A DNA stretch of 17,699 bases from a bacterium (GTDB lineage: Bacteria; Cyanobacteriota; Vampirovibrionia; Gastranaerophilales; JBAXKC01), in the NCBI GenBank assembly GCA_037137535.1, contig JBAXKC010000047.1, positions 1 through 17,699 on the forward strand. The letters run 5' to 3'. The translations under genes and the position numbers were made by a program. Positions within the stretch are counted from its first letter, which is position 1; the number at the start of each line of letters is the position of its first letter. The notes under the pieces were generated by a model. The model saw nothing but the letters and a program-made list of their open reading frames with translations. It had not been told where the DNA came from and did not search any database. This document shows positions 14,141-17,699 of the stretch, in pieces.

Positions 14141-14740
14141 TTAGTCCTTTTTACCAACACCACAAAGAGATTTTATTCCCTTTAAAGCTGCACTACAAAT
14201 AGCCCCAGCTCCAATGCTTAAAATTGGCATTGCTACAGCTGCTGCAATATAAAAAGCTTTAATTGTACCAACATTTGATTTTAATAAAAATTTATTTGTT
14301 GGATTATTTGAAACAAAATGTTCCATGCAATGCAATCCAAACTCTTTATAGGACTCTACTGCATTATTAATGCCATTTTTTATTCCATTTGAATTAGCAG
14401 CCATCCATAAAGAACCCATTGAATAGAATAAGCCCATTCCGCCCATGATTAATGTGTTTCTTTTTGAATTATCACCAGGTAAATCTTGTTTTGCTCTTCC
14501 CATTGCATCATGAATAGAGGTTAATCCTGCTCCGAGTTCTGCTCCAGCTATTGTACCAACCGGTCCTCCTACAGCTCCTATTATTCCACCTGCAACAGCT
14601 CCGACGGTTGTTCCTATTGCTACTTTTTTTGCAAACTCATTATAAACAGGTCGCATTTTAACATTTTCGTTGTTTTGTCTTGATTTTTCTCCGGTAAAGG
14701 CTAACTTATTAAAATATGAATTATTTAATGATATGGACAT
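14141..14740 (-). CDS. Glycine-zipper membrane protein with N-terminal LAFTG motif
   Basis: 199 aa with RBS ggagagg. GxxxG zipper VAIGTTVGAVAGGIIGAVGGPVGTIAGAELGAG plus two further hydrophobic segments. Confidence 0.85.
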   Translation of the reverse strand: MSISLNNSYFNKLAFTGEKSRQNNENVKMRPVYNEFAKKVAIGTTVGAVAGGIIGAVGGPVGTIAGAELGAGLTSIHDAMGRAKQDLPGDNSKRNTLIMGGMGLFYSMGSLWMAANSNGIKNGINNAVESYKEFGLHCMEHFVSNNPTNKFLLKSNVGTIKAFYIAAAVAMPILSIGAGAICSAALKGIKSLCGVGKKD

Positions 14741-14825
14741 TTTGTCCTCTCCCTAAAAGTATGAACGTAATTTATTATTAATATACCAAAGATATAAAAC
14801 CAAAACATAAATAAAATTAATAATT

Positions 14826-15019
14826 AAAAGAAGCAAAAACAAAAACATTGCGGTTCTTGACCGCTACTGGTTTCTTTTTTTACTCTTTGAGCTGTTTTAC
14901 ACAAAATAATTTTGAGAAAAAAGCAAACCGCTTGTGGGTGGTGGGGCTAAGTTGAAGTTTTTGCGAAACCCATCTTTCTAAATGAAGCTGAAAGCAGAAC
15001 TTACAGAAAAAGAGTTACT
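14826..15019 (+). repeat. Dispersed intergenic repeat, arm A, copy 4
   Basis: Aligns to copies 1, 2 and 3. Contains the hairpin gcggt-tcttg-accgc. Its aaaagagttact end overlaps the stop codon at 15015-15017. Confidence 0.85.
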
Positions 15020-15941
15020 GCAAATCTTTTATTTTTTTCTGATAAATTTCTGATTTTTTAATATTTTCTGCCTTATTTTCATAAGCTGAAAGATCTTTAT
15101 AATCGTTTGATAATAAATTTAATGAATTTTTATATGCCACATCAGCTGTAATATTAGTTTGAGTGAAAATTGGGATACAATTACAATTGACCTGCAATGT
15201 GATTTGTTTGCGCAGATTTTTATTGCTCATTATTGGCATAAATTCGCTTTCATACACTTTTATTGCCCGTTTTAAATGTACAACACGACTTTTAGGGTCT
15301 TTATAAAAATTATAAAAGCCTTTTTCCACTACATAAATATCGTTAATACATAAAATTCTTTCAAAAACATATTCTGAAAGTTTAAATTTGTCTATATTCT
15401 TTCTGCAATAGCTTATCGCCGTATTATAATAATATTCGGATTGCGGTCTTGGTATATTTGAGTTTTTAAGTGGAAGTAATCTTATTATCAAAGTTCCTAA
15501 ATAATTTCGTCTTACGTGAATCGGTGTATATATAACCTCTTCATGATTATAATAAATTTCTCTATTTGGATTATATTCATAATATGACTTTAAATTGTTT
15601 GTTTGCTGCGTATAAATCCATTCAGAATTGATATAATAGCCGAGAGCTCTTTTATAATTAACTTCAGGGTTATTAATCATCCCCATTTGACTGTATAAAT
15701 TAGCTATGCGATTTAAAATCTGTGCCTGCAAAAGAGGATTATTACCGCTGTACAGAGTGTATGCTATTTCCATATAACCGTTTATACTTCTTTTCAAATC
15801 CATTACGCTTTTATAGCTGTTGTAATAACCCCAAATCAAATAAATAAGAACGAAGCAAATTAAATAAAAACTTACTAAAACAACACCTATACTGATAATA
15901 AAATATATTATTTTTGAAAAAATACCGAAATTCTGCTTCAT
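15015..15941 (-). CDS. Membrane-anchored hypothetical protein with TPR-like helices
   Basis: 308 aa with RBS aagggg. N-terminal TM; TPR-like segment AQILNRIANLYSQMG..YKRALGYY. Confidence 0.7.
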   Translation of the reverse strand: MKQNFGIFSKIIYFIISIGVVLVSFYLICFVLIYLIWGYYNSYKSVMDLKRSINGYMEIAYTLYSGNNPLLQAQILNRIANLYSQMGMINNPEVNYKRALGYYINSEWIYTQQTNNLKSYYEYNPNREIYYNHEEVIYTPIHVRRNYLGTLIIRLLPLKNSNIPRPQSEYYYNTAISYCRKNIDKFKLSEYVFERILCINDIYVVEKGFYNFYKDPKSRVVHLKRAIKVYESEFMPIMSNKNLRKQITLQVNCNCIPIFTQTNITADVAYKNSLNLLSNDYKDLSAYENKAENIKKSEIYQKKIKDLQ

Positions 15942-15967
15942 TAAGTTTTCCCCTTTAGATTTTAAGG

Positions 15968-17422
15968 TTATTGCTTTAAATTAATTAATCGATTAGGATT
16001 TTTAATGATTTTTTCTTCATTTTTTAAGATATTTTTTATATTTGCAAGTTCGGGCTTTGTCCGCTCATATCTACAATTTGCCAATTCATTTATATAGCAG
16101 CCGTCCATATAAGACTTTTCGTCTTTATATTCAACATACTCGGATAATTTTTTTACCGCCTGAGTCTTTTCAATAAATACCTGTGAAAACTCTTCCTGCA
16201 AATTATTAAATACCCTACATGTTTCGGGTGATAAACTTAAAGGCGTCTGAATATTTTTAAGCTCTATATAAGTATCAAGATAAATTTTTTCCGCCTGTTT
16301 TAGTTGGGTTTTATTATTTAACAGCTCATTTTTATTTATGATTAATTTATTTATTTCGTTTGATTTTCGTGTGGCTAAAACCATTGTATCTTCGTAAATA
16401 CTCCCCAATTCATTTATAATAGTCTGATTTGTGCTATAATTCTTTATTCCTCCATAATAGCTGAAAATTCCCGCTATAATTGTTATGGAAAGCAAAGTAT
16501 ATTCTGTTTTTTTCCTTAAAGGCAAATCAAAGCCGCATGTTTTGTGAAAAGTATTATTTAAAAAATTCAAAAAGGAAAAAGCTGAAAATATAAAAAACAA
16601 TGCAGTTAAATAGATATTATTATTACTTTTCCCCATTCCATAAAAAGCAGCCAGCATAAAAAATATTGATAAAATAAAATAGAGTTCGTCATTAATAGAT
16701 ATTTTAATTTCATATTTTTCCCATAAATATTTTTTTATGGGAGAACCGGGAATGAAAATTAAAAAGGCAAAAAAACCAACCGCAATATCAAAAACAGCAG
16801 AGGTAAAATCGCCTTCATAATAAGATATAACAGAGGTTAAAGGAAATGAAAGCAACATCATAAAGATAAAAACTTCACCTTTTTCCCATGCTATTTTTTT
16901 AGTTGAAGAAAGATATAGAAGACAAGGAAAAACAATAACGGACAAACTCAGATTAATCAATTGAAGTTTTATTTCATTCGGATAAAGAAAGATTTCATTA
17001 ATTCCGAGTAAAGTGAAAAAAGGATAAGTAATCCCTGTAAAAAATACGAAGATATAAAGCTTTTCGGGAGTAGACAAATTAATATTAAACTTTTTGCTAA
17101 AAAAGTTTTCAACTTGCGGTAAATTTAATAAAATTATAAAAATTCCGCCTAAAAAATATATGTCGAAATAAAGTAAATATTTTAACGCATAAGTTAAAGA
17201 CATATAACCTTGAAAATCATTATAGGGCATAACTTTTATCTGCTCTGTTCTATTGTAATAGGCATTAAAAAACATATTCAGATTATTTGAAACGTTTGTA
17301 AAATGAAAAAACAAAGAAGATAAAATATAACCTATAACACCGATTTGAAAAATCCGTTTAGATATATAGTTACGCTGTTTTACCTCATTTGACCCAAGGG
17401 AGCAGGTTTCATTATTATTCAT
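15968..17422 (-). CDS. Polytopic membrane protein (about 9 TM) with C-terminal helical soluble domain
   Basis: 484 aa with RBS aagggg. Many Phe/Ile/Leu-rich segments over the first ~325 aa. 26 nt upstream of the TPR-like gene, so likely an operon. Confidence 0.8.
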   Translation of the reverse strand: MNNNETCSLGSNEVKQRNYISKRIFQIGVIGYILSSLFFHFTNVSNNLNMFFNAYYNRTEQIKVMPYNDFQGYMSLTYALKYLLYFDIYFLGGIFIILLNLPQVENFFSKKFNINLSTPEKLYIFVFFTGITYPFFTLLGINEIFLYPNEIKLQLINLSLSVIVFPCLLYLSSTKKIAWEKGEVFIFMMLLSFPLTSVISYYEGDFTSAVFDIAVGFFAFLIFIPGSPIKKYLWEKYEIKISINDELYFILSIFFMLAAFYGMGKSNNNIYLTALFFIFSAFSFLNFLNNTFHKTCGFDLPLRKKTEYTLLSITIIAGIFSYYGGIKNYSTNQTIINELGSIYEDTMVLATRKSNEINKLIINKNELLNNKTQLKQAEKIYLDTYIELKNIQTPLSLSPETCRVFNNLQEEFSQVFIEKTQAVKKLSEYVEYKDEKSYMDGCYINELANCRYERTKPELANIKNILKNEEKIIKNPNRLINLKQ

Positions 17423-17518
17423 TATTTCCCCTTATCTTTTGTTAAATCTGAAATATAAGGAAAAAAATTGGAATTTAACAGCTCCAAAGGTTTATTTTAA
17501 AGAGCTAAACTTATAATA

Positions 17519-17543
17519 TCATGCTGAAACTAGTTCAGAATCT
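17519..17543. repeat. Short REP-like imperfect palindrome
   Basis: tc-atgctgaa-actag-ttcagaat-ct resembles the GTCATGCTGAA-N5-TTCAGCATCT type of extragenic palindrome (from memory, not searched). Confidence 0.45.
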
Positions 17544-17552
17544 GCTAAATCA

Positions 17553-17647
17553 TGAGTGTTTTAACCTGTAAATTGCCTTCGTTGCTGTGCGGTTTCGATG
17601 TCTAAAGTCATCGACTAGCTTTATATTTTTCGAAAAATATAAAGAGA
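17553..17647 (-). repeat. Dispersed intergenic repeat, arm B, copy 2
   Basis: Perfect 26-bp palindrome ctttatatttttcgaaaaatataaag (17619-17644). The reverse complement continues cgatgactttagacatcgaaaccgcacagcaacgaaggcaatttacaggttaaaaca, matching 1354-1410. Confidence 0.85.
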
Positions 17648-17699
17648 TTATGTTATGGAAGTCAAATACTTTTTAGAATAATTGGAATCAAAAGGTGTT

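Noticed and set aside
14687-14707. KLAFTGE as a type IV prepilin cleavage site
   Set aside because: No hydrophobic helix follows the Phe and Glu is not at +5, so it is not a pilin N-terminus.
14911-14970. c-di-GMP-I riboswitch-like GCAAACC start in arm A
   Set aside because: The GAAA-tetraloop stem and the downstream GACGCAAAGC consensus are absent.
54-17647. CRISPR array, integron attC array or classical IS/MITE as the explanation for the repeats
   Set aside because: Copies are long, dispersed and in both orientations. I saw no regular repeat-spacer period, no RYYYAAC/GTTRRRY boxes, no terminal inverted repeats with target duplication and no cas, intI or transposase gene.

Overview
AT-rich bacterial window with about 14 plausible CDSs, nearly all hypothetical. 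Protein style (long Asn/Lys-rich N-termini ending in an S/A-F-x-G-like motif, repeated-module membrane proteins) suggests Ca. Melainabacteria/Gastranaerophilales; this is an inference, not a marker-gene call. The only clear housekeeping-family gene is a DHH/DHHA1 (NrnA-like) phosphoesterase with an unusual N-terminal extension. Also present: two large membrane proteins built from internal repeats, a tandem pair of 401-aa transglutaminase/papain-like Cys-His-Asp proteins with mosaic divergence, a tubby/LURP-like protein, a small Cys-rich protein, a heptad coiled-coil protein, a glycine-zipper protein and a membrane + TPR-like gene pair. The main unexplained signal is non-coding: a diverged, structured intergenic repeat family. 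Arm A (~180 bp) occurs in 4 copies and arm B (~95 bp) in 2 copies. The arms are joined through a long palindrome at 1143-1415 and appear split, bracketing a two-gene unit, at 14826-17647. No rRNA, tRNA, CRISPR array, transposase, integrase or reverse transcriptase was recognised.
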